A DNA stretch of 58,609 bases, counting the filler, from Bipalium vagum (taxonomy: Eukaryota): NCBI GenBank assembly GCA_037834085.1. It is 3 parts of 3 records of this genome, joined end to end, with 100 filler letters (N's around TTAATTAATTAA, not from the genome) between each part and the next. Parts side by side here need not be neighbours in the genome. Positions count along the whole stretch, not along the records: positions 1 to 16,396 come from JBBMKC010106993.1; 2 more parts are not named here. The stretch is one strand, 5' to 3'. Shown one piece after another: positions 1 to 12,468 of this stretch. The notes beneath the pieces were generated by a model. The model saw nothing but the letters and a program-made list of their open reading frames with translations. It was not told the origin of the DNA and searched no databases. Positions within the stretch are counted from its first letter, which is position 1. Each line of letters begins with the position of its first letter. A program made the position numbers and the translations under genes.

Positions 1-71
<71 letters not shown>
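1..71. repeat. (AAT)n microsatellite
   Basis: Perfect ATA/AAT trinucleotide array at window start; similar arrays near 1675-1705, 9270-9331, 22205-22248 and 24449-24480. Confidence 0.97.
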
Positions 72-478
72 TTATAAATACATTTGCATTATGTGGATTG
101 AATAATGACATTTAATTAATAATCGATCCTCAGATTTCGAAATCTGTAACTTGTAATAATTATAAATAAAAATACCAGAATTACAAAGGAGGAAATCATT
201 AAAATAATGCATCGATTTTTTTACATAATATCAGATTTAAAGAATATTTAATTTTCAACTTTCAGTTTGATAGGGTAGCAAATCGAATTTTGTGGCATAA
301 AAAAGCCGTGTTTCAGAGAAAAATAAAGTGAACAAAATATTTGTTTAAATTAGTACAAATTTTAAATATTTTAACAGAGAACATAATTATTTATTAATGT
401 TTCCATTTAAACAGTATCAAAGAAAATGAAAAATATATAAATATTTTAGATACATATATTTTTTAATAGAATAGTTCT

Positions 479-930
479 CAGGGTGACCGAAAAAAATCGC
501 AATATTTTCAGTGTTATGTTTAACATCGAATTTTTTATAAAATCAATATAATCTATATTTTTTAACTAAGGTAGTTTTTGATAATATTAATTATAGAAAA
601 TAAAAATTTATAATTTTAAATATTAATTCAGAATATAATAAAAAAATAGCAAAGCTAGAATAATTTCGTACTGGAAAAACATCTAAAGAAATTGATTGGT
701 CTGGTTATAGCAAGGTAACAGTATACAGCATCACTAAACGGTTTAGGGTGGATGATGAAAAAATAATATAAATACAAATAGAAAAATCCATGTCAAACAT
801 TATGACTCAAAAAGGAATTAAAATTTCATATACGATTTATAAAGAAGATCAATAGTGATGATACAAAAATTTGACTGACCTAGCAAAGGAGATGAACTTG
901 GTCAGGTTAACATTTACCAATAAGGCTGAT
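479..930 (+). mobile_element. Decayed maT/DD37D-like transposon 5' fragment
   Basis: CAGGGTG.. TIR-like start at ~479; broken frame RTGKTSKEIDWSGYSKVTVYSITKRF...LTDLAKEMNL resembles the N-terminal HTH of Tc1/mariner-superfamily transposases. Confidence 0.4.
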
Positions 931-1672
931 TAAATTAATAATAAATAATTAATAATAAAAATATTTTAAAATTAATAATCAATTTTGTGATTAGTAGGTT
1001 GGGTACGTTTTACAAGTAACTTCACATATTTATAATTTACTTAGGTAAACTAGATCACAAAATAATCCAATTTTTATATTTTAATTTTTCATTAATATAT
1101 TAACAATAATTATTATCATATTTTATTATTGGTCTTAATAAGCAAATTAGTTTCATAATTTCATTAATACTTAAATAAGCATGCCAAGTTATTAAAATAA
1201 TTATGAGTGTCAAATTATTGAAAGGAACATCATAAAATATTCATGCTTGTTTTCGCTATCTTCCAATATATCTCAATGGGATTAGAGAATTGGATAAGAC
1301 ATCTAAGTGAATATCAAGCATACTATACGGAGTAAATGATTTAAATTTATGAAAAATATCTTGAAAGATAGTTTAATAGTTTTTAAATTTTAATTAAGAA
1401 TTACTTGTAACATATTTCGTTATCATTTAATTCTATATTTAATATTAAGGAAAATAATAATATAATTATTTTTATCTTTTACAGATTAAAAAAAAAACTG
1501 AAAAACAAAAGATATGTATTTATCACCTGGAGCATGTGATATAAATAAAATATCAAATTGAAAATGAAGATAAATATAGTAAACTTTAGAACCTGTAAAA
1601 GAAAGTGAATATTATATAAAAATTAAACCCAATCACATTTCAGTAAATTTTATAATAATACTGGGTTTACCA

Positions 1673-1707
<35 letters not shown>

Positions 1708-2034
1708 TAAAAAACAAAAAATAATGTTTATTTCTGTTTTGTCATTAAAATGCTTTTCAATTAATTCTAAATATCAAGAGCCTTCATTTTTATTTATGGC
1801 TTAATGAGTTTTATAATGAATTTTAATGTTGCCTGCCATAATTAATTAATTTTCCTTCGGCAACAGTATTTGTCGAAACTTCGTTTTTTGTCTTGTAGAA
1901 AACGAAGCTCATATAGTCTTGAAAGACACAGATTTTTTACTTGGCTATCAGTAGTAAAAAAAATTACTTATCAGTCGGGATTTTGGTACAGATGTAGATA
2001 ACCAAATTAGACCAAAGAACAACAGGGCTTCATG

Positions 2035-2800
2035 GACCACAATTGATCAATGACAAAGGCACTCAACGGAATGGAAGGTGAGTGTTTATATCTGGATGAC
2101 ATACTGATGTTTACCGAAAACAGAGAAACATTAAAAATTTTAAATCATGTATTTAGAAGCATTCATAAAGTGGGGCTAGACATAAATCCAGAAAAGTGTC
2201 GTCTTATGAGGTCAGGTTAAATTTTTTGGTCATATTATCAGCTAAAATGGAATCGAAACGATTCCAATGAAAATAAAAGCAATTAATCGTTTGAAAGGCC
2301 AAAGTGTTTAAAAGGTCTTTGCAGTTTTCTGGGAATCTTGAACTGTTACAAAGGGTTCATGAAAAGATACTCGGAGAAATCAAGATCACTAGATATAATG
2401 TATGGGAAAACAAACGGGAAGTTAATCTGGTCAGATAACTGTGAAAAAAAGTTTGCGGAGATGAAAGGAGCACTTACAAGGTCACCGATATTATGCTTTC
2501 CAGATTTTTTAAAGAAATCATCCTGGATACAAATACCAGTTTTGATACTGCAATCTAAGTCAAGACACCAGAAGGTAGTTTACAGTTGCAGACGCAGAAA
2601 AAAAGTTAGATCCTAAGATCAAGACCGATACGAGAGACCCTACGAAATCAAAAATGAGATCCATGGCAAATGTTATGAAATGACAGATACGGATGGGAAG
2701 AAAGTGGTCAGAAACATTGAAAAGATCAAGAAATTTTTTTAAAAAGGGGGATGTGGGGAGTAAAAAGTTAAAAATAATTTAAATTAATTTAATTATTATT
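2035..2800 (+). mobile_element. Ty3/Gypsy LTR retrotransposon remnant (RT, RT-RNaseH junction, integrase tail, PPT, start of 3' LTR)
   Basis: YLDD at 2089-2100 (ECLYLDDILMF), FLGHIIS, SFLGILNCYKGF, ALTRSPILCFPDF; purine tract AAAAAGGGGGA at 2741-2751 followed directly by TG at 2752; stops, frameshifts and a large internal deletion. Confidence 0.85.
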
Positions 2801-3464
2801 TAAACTAAATAATTAATTCATTTAAATAAATGTGTTATTAAAAATATATTTGGAAATGAGCCTTGATAATTTATCAATTGATGTAAATGCAACTAACAAT
2901 TTTAAAAATAAATAAAGCAGAGTTGACAATTAATTAAATAAATGAAAATATATTTAAGTGTAAACATTTAAAAAAATACATTGTGTTAAATAATGATTTA
3001 AAACTAATTCTAGAAAAAAACCCGAAAAAGAATATTTGTATAAGCAATAACTAAAGTTTTGTATACACAAGAATTAAAAATGTTATCTGTTATGGCTTCT
3101 ACAGGGTAAGAATTTTCAATTACTTTTCCAAAAATAGACTAATTTATTTTGATATAGACTAACAAAATTTTCTCTTTAGCTGATTAAAAAAGACAATTGA
3201 ATCAGGATAAAAATAATTATTCAGATGACCTTAATAAAAGAAGTCTAATTTCGATCAATTTGTGGAGACATCTTAGAAATGAGATATTACATCTTCTCGA
3301 AAGTTTATTTTTAAAGCTGAACTTTGTATGGGTAGAGAGAAAAATATATTTTTGTATTATTCAATAATTAATCAAGATAACTTTTATATATTAGTAAAAT
3401 TGTCATATTTTGTTTATGATAAAAAATCATAGATAACCTATAAACTGGTACTAATTATTCCTAT

Positions 3465-3694
3465 AAAAGTATGGAATTAGGTCAAACTGAATTGATCACA
3501 ATATGAATTGCTTAGAGCGAAGGATAATGAAATTTACAAATGAACATAAATCTTCAATAGGAAATTATAATTTCGATAATGACAAAGAAAGAAAGATTTG
3601 TGAGTCATTAGTAATCAAATGAATAAAAGCTGATATTAAATTAAAGAATGGATCAAGCAAAAATCAATGAATGATTAATGTCTTCAAAAATTGA
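3465..3694 (+). mobile_element. Penelope-like element, GIY-YIG endonuclease C-terminal fragment
   Basis: LGQT...EHKSSIGNYNFDNDKERKICESLVIK*IKADIKLKNGSSKNQ*MINVFKN*, clearly homologous to the copy at 8340-8700. Confidence 0.6.
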
Positions 3695-3859
3695 TATTGG
3701 TAAATTTCATTAAAAATCATCTTACATCTTAAATAAATTTAATTGTTACTTAACATTATTAATTTGCATTTTAATTTAATCCTTTTGTAATTTATTTGTA
3801 CTATTTTAAAATCTTTTTATTATAAATATAAAATTTGAATATAACGTCATAATTATTAC

Positions 3860-4079
3860 CTTTTGGAACAAGCTTTGGTATATCCATACCGTTATTCTTT
3901 AGAATATGGAGTAATTCATACCGAAATGCGCTAATATCTCCCTTTATTTCATTTATATCATCTTCAGTGACTTCCTGTTTATCTTCTTTTTTTTGCCGCA
4001 ACATTAAATATCTCATCACAAGATTTTCCATTACTTTCTGATATCGCTGTTCCATTTCATTAACCTTCGTGACAATTTT
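3860..4079 (-). CDS. TRPC: TRPC/TRP-gamma-like channel exon: CIRB region and C-terminal coiled coil
   Basis: Acceptor tcattttag, donor AAG|gtaata; 220 nt, phase 0 to 1; KIVTKVNEMEQRYQKVMENLVMRYL...VTEDDINEIKGDISAFRYELLHIL matches the TRPC YQxVMxxLVxRY and EDDxNExKxDISxxRYEL motifs. Confidence 0.93.
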
Positions 4080-4414
4080 CTAAAATGATATAACTTTCTT
4101 CTTAGTTTATCTGTTTTAAAAAAATATATTTTGATTATAAAGATTTTAAAGTGAATAATTATGTTCATTTGGATAGCGGAGATTTTGTGGGAAATCGAAA
4201 TAGGAATCATGGAAGTTATTGATTTCTCAGAAAACAGAGATATTTATTTATATACCTTTTATATATTTAGGCATTCCTTATGAATATCTAAAAAAAATTT
4301 CTATGCACCATTATTGCTACTACTACTGATAATAATAATTAATAATAGTAAAAATAAATAAATAATAATAATTATACCAAATTCTTTTTTAGATTATTAT
4401 AATTTCAGTATTTA

Positions 4415-5170
4415 TACAAGGCGTTCAAATTTAAGGTTACCTTTTAAAGTTATTTTTTGTTGTTGTGGAATTAACAATAGTTGTGGAATAAGCAATACTA
4501 ATTCATGCGGGTTTTAAAAATGAATCGTTATTCCATGGACGAAAGTTTATGTTAAAAAATTATTTTGAATACGGGAAAAGTTAGGACGAAGTTATCAGAA
4601 AAATTTAGTCTGAATATGGAAGAGAAAGTTATCCGTCACGTGAAAATTCAAAGAATTATCAAACAATATAGAAAGTGGCTTGATAAAAAAAAGAACGACG
4701 CAAAGAATATCATAGAAGTGGTCATTCGGAAGCAAATATTGCAGCTGCAAGCTATAGTGAGAATGAAAAACCAAAAACGTCAATTCTTTGTCGTTCACAG
4801 CAACTAACTATTCCATGAACGGCATTCAGAATTTTGGATGAAAATCTTTATTCAAAGGCGCTCAAGATCTAAATAACTCAACTTTGAATCACGCTGTAAA
4901 TTCAGTAAATAGGTCATTGCAAAATGCATAAGAATGAAAAATTTATTCCAAAAAGTGGTCTTAAGTGACGAAGCATATTTTGAAATTTGTGAACACGTAA
5001 TTTTCGAATTTGGAGAAATGAAAACCCACAGAAAATGCTATAAAAACAACATTATCCTCCAAAAGTAAATGTTTGGTGCGTTTTTTGGGCGGGTGATGAT
5101 ATCGATCCGTATTTTTTTTGATAATGAAGCTGGGAATTCTGTAACAGTTACCGAAGCTCAATATAGTTTT
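4415..5170 (+). mobile_element. Decayed rosa/DD41D-like transposon
   Basis: Start MNRYSM at 4520; VLSDEAYF...NFRIWRNENP...HYPPKVNVWCVFWAGDDIDPYFFDNEAGNSVTVT matches the family FSDEAHF..WGxENP..KVTVWC..IGPYFF pattern; 3' truncated. Confidence 0.75.
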
Positions 5171-6592
5171 TTACGCCCATACTCACAAAAATCTTCTTCA
5201 TAATTTAAAAAATAATTAGCAGTCATACGTCAATCATTGTTTTACATTTATTACTATTATTTATCATTTATCATTTATTATTTATTATTTATTAATATTT
5301 ATTACATTGAAATGATATTTCTTGTTAATAGCATTGGATATATTTGACATAGAAAATCTTAATCCTTTTCACTGATAACCAACGTGTATACGGTAAATGA
5401 GCCCGATTTTGCATGAAGAGATTTAGCCTAAGGGATGCTTAATTTATTAATCGATCCTAATACGATCGTACATTAATCTACTAGGGGAACCAGAACTGAC
5501 CTACATAAGTCAGTCATTGATGAATACCATCATGTATACGTAGGCAACTTAATTAATTCCTCAAGAAATGAATGTAAAAATAGATCGTAACAATATTCAT
5601 TAAAATTATAACGGTAATAATGAGAAAATTCTCTGGAAATTCTTCAGACAATAAATCAATCAAAATTGTTGTTTTCTATGTTGTTATAGCATTTTATTTT
5701 TATTATTTTTTAATTATTATTTATTGGTTGAAATTTTATTTAACATTTAATTTTATATTTTATATTTAAACTTATCACTGTTTTGCGTACCATGTTTCGA
5801 CATTAAAACAAAATTCGCTTGCAGAATATCGCCTGGTTTTTAATAAAATTGTAAAAATTAAGAATACCGCAATGCCACATGACCTTGGAGTTTCAAAGAG
5901 TCCGAAACGAAAGATATTACATAGCGACATCACGGGCATATTAAGGTGAAGATAGCTCGGTTTCGACTTTACATTATGAACGCTACAACATCTAATGTCA
6001 AGAGTTATGAAGGATTTAAATCGGGTTCGAAATGAAAGCTCTTTGCGCTAAATATAGTTGACAAGCAGGACTATATTTGAAATGGAAGTGTCAGTGGTTG
6101 TATTTGAAAAAACTAAGAATCACTTTATTTCCACCTGGTAATCAGAGCAATTTTTATTAGGTTTGTACCAAATTGAAGAACATTGGATATGATGAAAAAC
6201 ATTGCGAAAAAAATCATATGAAGCCGAATTCCATAGTTTAAGATTTAATGTAGAAAATTAAGCGAAAAGATTTTTGAACCTTCAAATTAAAGACCCTAAA
6301 CGAGAATATAAGATGTGTTTTCAAGGTAGAAAAAATTGTATAAGATTAAATTTTCGTTTCATTCATTTTTAAAAGAATCTTTATTTAAATCCTAAGAACT
6401 TTAGTCTGAAAGTTCAGATGTTTATTAAAATCAAGAGTTTACAAGTTAAATATGTGCTTTATTTATTACACAACAAAACAATTTTTTCACCTGAAATCAT
6501 AAAATTTTCACTTTTTTAATTTAATTGTTTATTTAATTTTTAATACTTATAGTATATATTATTACTAGATTTATTATTATATATTATTATTA

Positions 6593-7504
6593 CAGTAGAG
6601 AGCAAAAAATTTTGCCCTACATACTTTTTTTAATATATAAACTTTTTAAATGTATATTTGTTGTTATTTGAAATGCGTTTTCGCAAATATGCTTAGTCAT
6701 CAGAATAAATCTATAAATATGTCAATGTTTATAAACACATTTATTATTTTTAGAGATCTGCTTTAATAAAAATGTCGTCACAACAAAAACCAAGTAGAAT
6801 GACAGCAAGACGCTCAGCTATTTTGCATTTTTGGAATATCTGTGAACTTTCTCCAACAACAATATCCAGAATAACAAAGATCTCTCTAAGAACTGTGGAG
6901 TACAATATAAATAAAATTAAAGGACAATTTACCATTGAAGGTCGTTCGCGCAAGGAACGACATCTGAAGATTAAGCGCAGATGGATTAGACGAATGGATT
7001 AAATGAAATCATGAGGTTATATCAAAAGAACTTATACAAAAGATGATGGGACAATCGATGTTTGGAAGTTTTTCAATAGACCGTTCAACATTCATTTTAA
7101 TTCATTAACCACATAACTCCAAGGATAACTGAGATTACAAATAGACAATTATCCAAAACATAAAAGTTGGGTTAGGTAGGAATTTTTGTCTATTGAAGCA
7201 TCCGAAGTTCATATGTTAATCCCATAGAAAATTTATGGTCAATGGCCAGGCGTGGCGTAGAGATAGGAAAATCAACAAATCTTGATGAATTAATAGAGTT
7301 CACATATGAAGAATGGAATGAAATTGATATGAACATCTAAATAATTTAGTAAACTCAATGGCGGCAAGATTTTTTAGGGATTTTTGATTCGCCTTTGTAT
7401 CTTTGAGTGTAATATATCTTGTACATATTTACTTTTTAAAATTTATTTTTAATTCGTCAATAAAAAGTAGAAATACTGAGGGCAAAGTTTTTTGCATTCT
7501 GCTG
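6593..7504 (+). mobile_element. Tc1-like transposon with both TIRs, internally deleted
   Basis: Left CAGTAGAGAGCAAAAAATTTTGCCCT versus right revcomp CAGCAGAATGCAAAAAACTTTGCCCT; HTH ORF 6772-7002; degenerate QxDNxPKH (QIDNYPKHKS) and NPIENLW motifs. Confidence 0.88.
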
Positions 7505-8186
7505 TTTATTAATAAAAAATATTATAAGAATAAAGCGAATTAATTTAATTATGATACTTTAAATAATTTAAATTTAAAATGTTGAGCTTAACTTTATTAT
7601 AAAATTTATTAATTTAAACACTTATTAATTTAAATTAAATTGTATTATTATATTATTTATATTATTCAATATATAGTTTTAAAATTCCTATGAAAACACT
7701 GTAATTTTTATCAGCATCCTTTCACCGGTCTACCGAATTTCATTTGAGTATGTAAAAAAATTTATCAGTATTTTCTAAAGTTAAAATTTTCAATGACTTT
7801 CATATTTCACAGTTAATTTTTTTTACAAAACTTTAGTTTTAAAAACCATATTTAATTCTGATCTTATCAAAGTTCTAAATAAAAATAAATTTGTTTTATA
7901 AAGTACATTCTTCAAGTAAAATGCCTTCTAAAAAATGAAAAAAGTCATAATAGGAACAAGTATGGGAAATTTTAATTTGTTTTTTTGTTTTAATTAGAAT
8001 GAAGTTAAATTTAAAAGTAAAATAAAAGTTAATTCATATAATTACGAGGAAAACTTGAAAATTTTCCAAGACAAGAGGGTAAGCAAAATTAAAACGTGGA
8101 CGTTTAAATTTCTTTATATTTATTATATAATAAAAAATTTATTTTTTCAAAAAAAGCGTTTTATCAAATTAAAAAAATCTATTCAA

Positions 8187-8244
8187 ATATTTTCTTGAAA
8201 CATTTTTCGAACTTTTTTTTCAGTTCTTCATCAATCAATAATAT
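8187..8244 (-). ncRNA. Degenerate minimal type-I hammerhead ribozyme of a Penelope-like element
   Basis: Minus strand ATATTATTGA-TTGATGA-A-GAACT-loop-AGTTC-GAAA-AATG-TT-TCAA-GAAAATAT: near-consensus cores, perfect 5-bp stem II, TTGA/TCAA stem I; about 100 nt 3' of a GIY-YIG stop on the same strand. Confidence 0.6.
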
Positions 8245-8338
8245 GTTTTTGATATTTAAATTTCAACTTGTTAAATGAAGTTGTCCTTAAATTAAAATTA
8301 TTTTTCTTAATTATTATTGGACAAGATTATTTTTTTAT

Positions 8339-8830
8339 TTAATCGCAGAAAACATTAACGACCCATTGTTTTTTATCATCTCCCGTTTGGATATTAATAT
8401 TTGGTTGCCTTTCTTTGATGAATAATGATTCGCAGATCTTTGGGTCGTCATTAATATCATCACAATTTCCCATTATTATAATGAATTCGTCTTCTCATAC
8501 CTTGCCTTTTCTATCACCGTAGTTAATTGAGTAATCAAATACTTTGCTGGGTTCTGCTTGGTTATGAATGCTCGCTAATAAGTGTTTGTAGATGAAACTG
8601 TCTGTACTAAGTATAGATTATTACATCCATGACAGTTAAATTGGTACACAATATTAGGTCGGAACACTACTGGTGTATGGCTTTTGATTTTTAAAAAAAT
8701 CATATTTTTTGATATTAATGATATTACTTTTAATTTCTCATGTTCTGTAGTCTTTTCTATGGTTTTTTAAAAGCTTTAAATCCTTTTGAAAATCGTATTC
8801 CTTTACATTATGCACATATTTTGAGTTTAT
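8339..8830 (-). mobile_element. Penelope-like retroelement, GIY-YIG endonuclease remnant
   Basis: KSHTPVVFRPNIVYQFNCHGCNNLY..QT and PKICESLFIKERQPNINIQTGDDKKQWVVNVFCD*: the VY.F.C..C...YIGQT and ESL.I....P.IN motifs of PLE endonucleases. Confidence 0.82.
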
Positions 8831-8924
8831 AAAGAATATTAATAATAATAAATAATAAAATAGTTTTTAAAAACTAACTAATTAAAATAAAACGAAATAT
8901 TTAAATAAAATGAAAAATAAGAAC

Positions 8925-9116
8925 CTTAATACTTTGCCATTTGCTTTTTCTTCCTTTAGATTTACAAACCAAGTTCAGATGAATCCATCGAAATAAATAA
9001 TATATCGCTTTAGGGCTTATTATAATGTTGAAAGGAACTGGAAGAGTATTTCCATCTTCAAAATAACTTATCCACAGCTTAGATCGAGCGAATTTCCACT
9101 CAACATCAGCCTTTTC
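8925..9116 (-). CDS. TRPC: TRPC-like channel exon: TRP box and proline-rich TRP box 2
   Basis: 192 nt, phase 0-0: [64 protein letters not shown]; acceptor aatcaag, donor AAG|gttctt. Confidence 0.94.
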
Positions 9117-9285
9117 CTTGATTAATTATTAAGGAAATTTTGAAATAAGCTTGGTAAATATAACTTTAAGACATACTTTATTTTATTATAACATTCTTAT
9201 TTCTTTTATTTTTCTACTTTAATGTTTACCTTTGAAAATTGTTATTTATTTATCTTTCGCTATTTAAAATAATAATAATAATAAT

Positions 9286-9333
<48 letters not shown>

Positions 9334-9334
9334 C

Positions 9335-9376
9335 GAAATAGGAAATCTCAAATTAGATAGGTTATGGTTTAGTGTC
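9335..9376 (+). repeat. 42-bp dispersed repeat, copy 1
   Basis: GAAATAGGAAATCTCAAATTAGATAGGTTATGGTTTAGTGTC, identical at 16342-16383. Confidence 0.9.
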
Positions 9377-9884
9377 AAGTTAAAACCAAAATAACTTGTG
9401 TTTTGTTGAACTAAAGACTATATATACAAGTGTTTTATTTTTGTATAACAACTGTCATTAATTAGTCTAATCAGCTAGGGGTACTCCAAAACCCATTTTA
9501 ATATTTTATTAAATTAATTAGCATATGGTTACTAATTGTCTTCAATATGGTAAGTGTTAAAATTATTGTGACCACCTCTGATATTGCTAATTAAAAATGA
9601 TCATAAATGATCGTAGATATGCATTCGATTAATATACAAACCAGCTCAAGTCAAGTGTACAATTTTAATTAATAAGTAATGGTTCCTATCGATTAACATT
9701 CGTGTCAGTTTTATTTTATATTATTGTATAATAACATGCGTTTTCCATTACTCTTTTCTTGGTAAAACAATGTTAAGCAACAATTAAATTAATTAAAAGA
9801 ATTATAATTGTATTTTATGATTTTTGGTCTAGCTACCATACTTAAATAATATTAAGGATAATTAAAAAATCAATAAAAACTTAC

Positions 9885-9979
9885 CACGATTACTTGATAG
9901 GAAGTATTCATCATGGCTATTAAAATGTTTAAAAGGACGACTAGAGTAATGGCAGAGTATCCTCCAAACATTAATTTTC
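9885..9979 (-). CDS. TRPC: TRPC-like channel exon: S6 helix
   Basis: 95 nt, phase 1 to 0: (G)KLMFGGYSAITLVVLLNILIAMMNTSYQVIV; acceptor ttgtttag, donor gtaagt; LLNxLIAMM gate motif. Confidence 0.96.
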
Positions 9980-10546
9980 CTAAACAAATTAAATTTTCTA
10001 TTATTTATATTAAATGAGAATTTAATATTTTTATTATTAATATTTATTTTGATTTATCTTGAATAATTTTAATTAAATATAAATTGAAATAATTTTAAAT
10101 GAATTTGAAAATTCAGATTTAGAAAAAAATAACATGCAAAATTTCAATTTATTTATTGAACAAATATTTAGATTTTATTTATTTATTTTATAATTTTCTT
10201 AAAGTTTATTAATAAACTTTCTTATTATAATATAATAATATAACAATATAATAATATAATAATATAATAATATAATAATATAATCATATAATAATATAAT
10301 ATTAAATTTAAAATGTTTATGGAAAGCTTAGTATTAAAAAAATTATAATTTTTATTTTTATTAAAATAAACAAATTAAAAAGTATTTCTTATTTAAAGTG
10401 GAATTAAACTAATTACAGTGATTTTCATAATTGCGGTTAGGTAAAATAGAAAAAATTATACCCAAACGTGAAAGAAATTTTCTTTCAAGAAATATTTCAT
10501 TATTAGATTGATGAAATAAGATTAGCATTTTGTCAAAGTAAAGATC

Positions 10547-11222
10547 AGGGTGTCTCATAAAACTGACCAATTTTGTATAATGACATAATCCTGATTTAGT
10601 ATTAATAAGTATAACATATTGATTATTATTTTATAGTCTACAAATTTTCTGAATAAAATAGGAAGTTTCATTCTTATTAAATTTTGATTTAATATTGAAA
10701 TCTATAGCGCGAAAGATGACAGAGATAGGGGACTTTCGTCGTCTCATTTCAGTATAGAAAAAGAAAATGTTGTGCATCCGAAGCCACTAAGCATTTCGCT
10801 GAATTTGAAGGCACAGATGAGATTAAAGAGAGTTAAACAAGACGATGGTTCGGAAAATGCTAAGCCGCATACCTCACAGAAATCAATGAAAACTCTCAAT
10901 GGTATTGATGAAATCATACTATTACTGCATTTACCTTACATACCAGATGTCATAGGTTCTGGCTCATTTATTTTGTTCCATGGAACATTTTCTCCGAGGG
11001 GTGTGATTTGAGAATAAAGAAGACTTTCAGAATGACATCCAATTGTTCGTCAACACAACACATTCGGGTTGGTACAAAATTTTGGTTCAAAAATTGTCAA
11101 ACGTTGGGCCTTTGTTTGTGAAAAAATGATGGATATTATCTGACTTCATCTGGACTTAGTTTTATGCAATAAAATATTAAAAGGAAATTCTTTTTCAAAA
11201 AGCTCGTCTATGGGACATCTTA
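10547..11222 (+). mobile_element. Decayed mariner element
   Basis: CAGGGTGTCTCATAAA left TIR and a degenerate right copy near 11205-11222; ENAKPHTS...LLHLPYIPD = degenerate HDNARPH and HPPYSPD motifs. Confidence 0.65.
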
Positions 11223-12018
11223 ATAATAAATTGAAAATAAACTTCAAAAGTCTGTTCTTAGGTCCGAATTGCTATGGATCAATGTGTGGGACTATTTCAA
11301 AATGAAAAATTATAATATCTTCCCTTTGCCTAAAGAATATTAGAATTTATGGCCACATTTTTGAAATCCAACATCTCGAAAACTCAAGTAATGTATTTTA
11401 TGTGCATTACTATAATTATTGAAATACTTAAGAAATTAAAAACACCCTTGTCAAAAGCTTAACAAACAGAATTTCGAGAATAGCAATAACAACACAATTG
11501 AAGAATACATCACTTAATTGAGTTTCTAGTCAGAGGAAATGAGTCTTTTAGATCTTACTTTTTTGTGTTAGTTCTTGAGTACATGTTATGAATTCTTTCC
11601 TAACTTAGATCCTCTGTAAGGAATTTCAAGAAAACAAGTTATTTAAAAGACCATCTTGGTCATTGTACTTTGCTTAAAGTTTTAATGTTATTTCAAGAAT
11701 TAAGTTTATTTGCATATTTCAGTACCGGTCAAATACTGATATTTATTATCTAAATATAGGGGAGCACAAAAATTACCTTTTTAAGAAAAACATTTCCCAT
11801 ATTTTCATTTTCAATGTTTGTATATTGAATAAGTATTTTTTAAGATGACAAAATTTATTAAATTCGTAAAGGTTTGTTTAAATTTATCTCTTAATGTTTC
11901 TATTTACATTTATTTTTTAAAAAGTGGATGGCATCCGAAAACGTGAACTATTCTATTGCGACACTGGCACGCAAATAAATAATGGAATATTATATCAAAA
12001 ATGAAAAACTAAATCTAC

Positions 12019-12119
12019 CAACAAATTCCGTAAATTCGTGAGGATATTCCAGATTCAAATAGGTCAGATCAACCAATCCATATGTGCTCCAATATAGACT
12101 TTGAACAATTTCAAACAAA
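12019..12119 (-). CDS. TRPC: TRPC-like channel exon: pore helix and selectivity filter
   Basis: 101 nt, phase 2 to 1: (N)LFEIVQSLYWSTYGLVDLTYLNLEYPHEFTEFV(G); acceptor atattttag, donor gtagat; joins both neighbours in frame. Not in the supplied ORF track. Confidence 0.95.
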
Positions 12120-12328
12120 CTAAAATATAAATAAATAAAATTAAAAATATAAATATTTTAAAAACTTCATTTAAATATTTTTTGTTTTTAAAAATAGATT
12201 AAGTAATTGTGTTATCGATAATTATATACCGTATCGTAACATGTAAAAATTCAAGAATAAGGATTTTGCCTGAAGGATAGTCAATTAAAATTCTTGGGTT
12301 TGACAAAGACACGAACCCTAGATTTAAA

Positions 12329-12468
12329 NNNNNNNNNNNNNNNNNNNNNNNNNNNNNNNNNNNNNNNNNNNNNNNNNNNNNNNNNNNNNNNNNNNNNNNN
12401 NNNNNNNNNNNNNNNNNNNNNNNNNNNNNNNNNNNNNNNNNNNNNNNNNNNNNNNNNNNNNNNNNNNN
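12329..12468. other. Assembly gap (140 N)
   Basis: Run of N. Confidence 0.99.

Noticed and set aside
3801-3859. ORF extension NNYDVIFKFYIYNKKILK* as the TRPC C-terminus
   Set aside because: Follows a strong AAG|GTAATA donor and has intron-like composition; read-through into the intron.
5780-6330. GC-richer patch vaguely like Helitron Rep/helicase
   Set aside because: No motif convincing enough to assign by eye.
6662-6710. Minus-strand CTGATGA...GCATATTTGC-GAAA hammerhead-like match
   Set aside because: Four extra nucleotides before stem II, poor stem I register and location inside a Tc1 5' region; probably chance.
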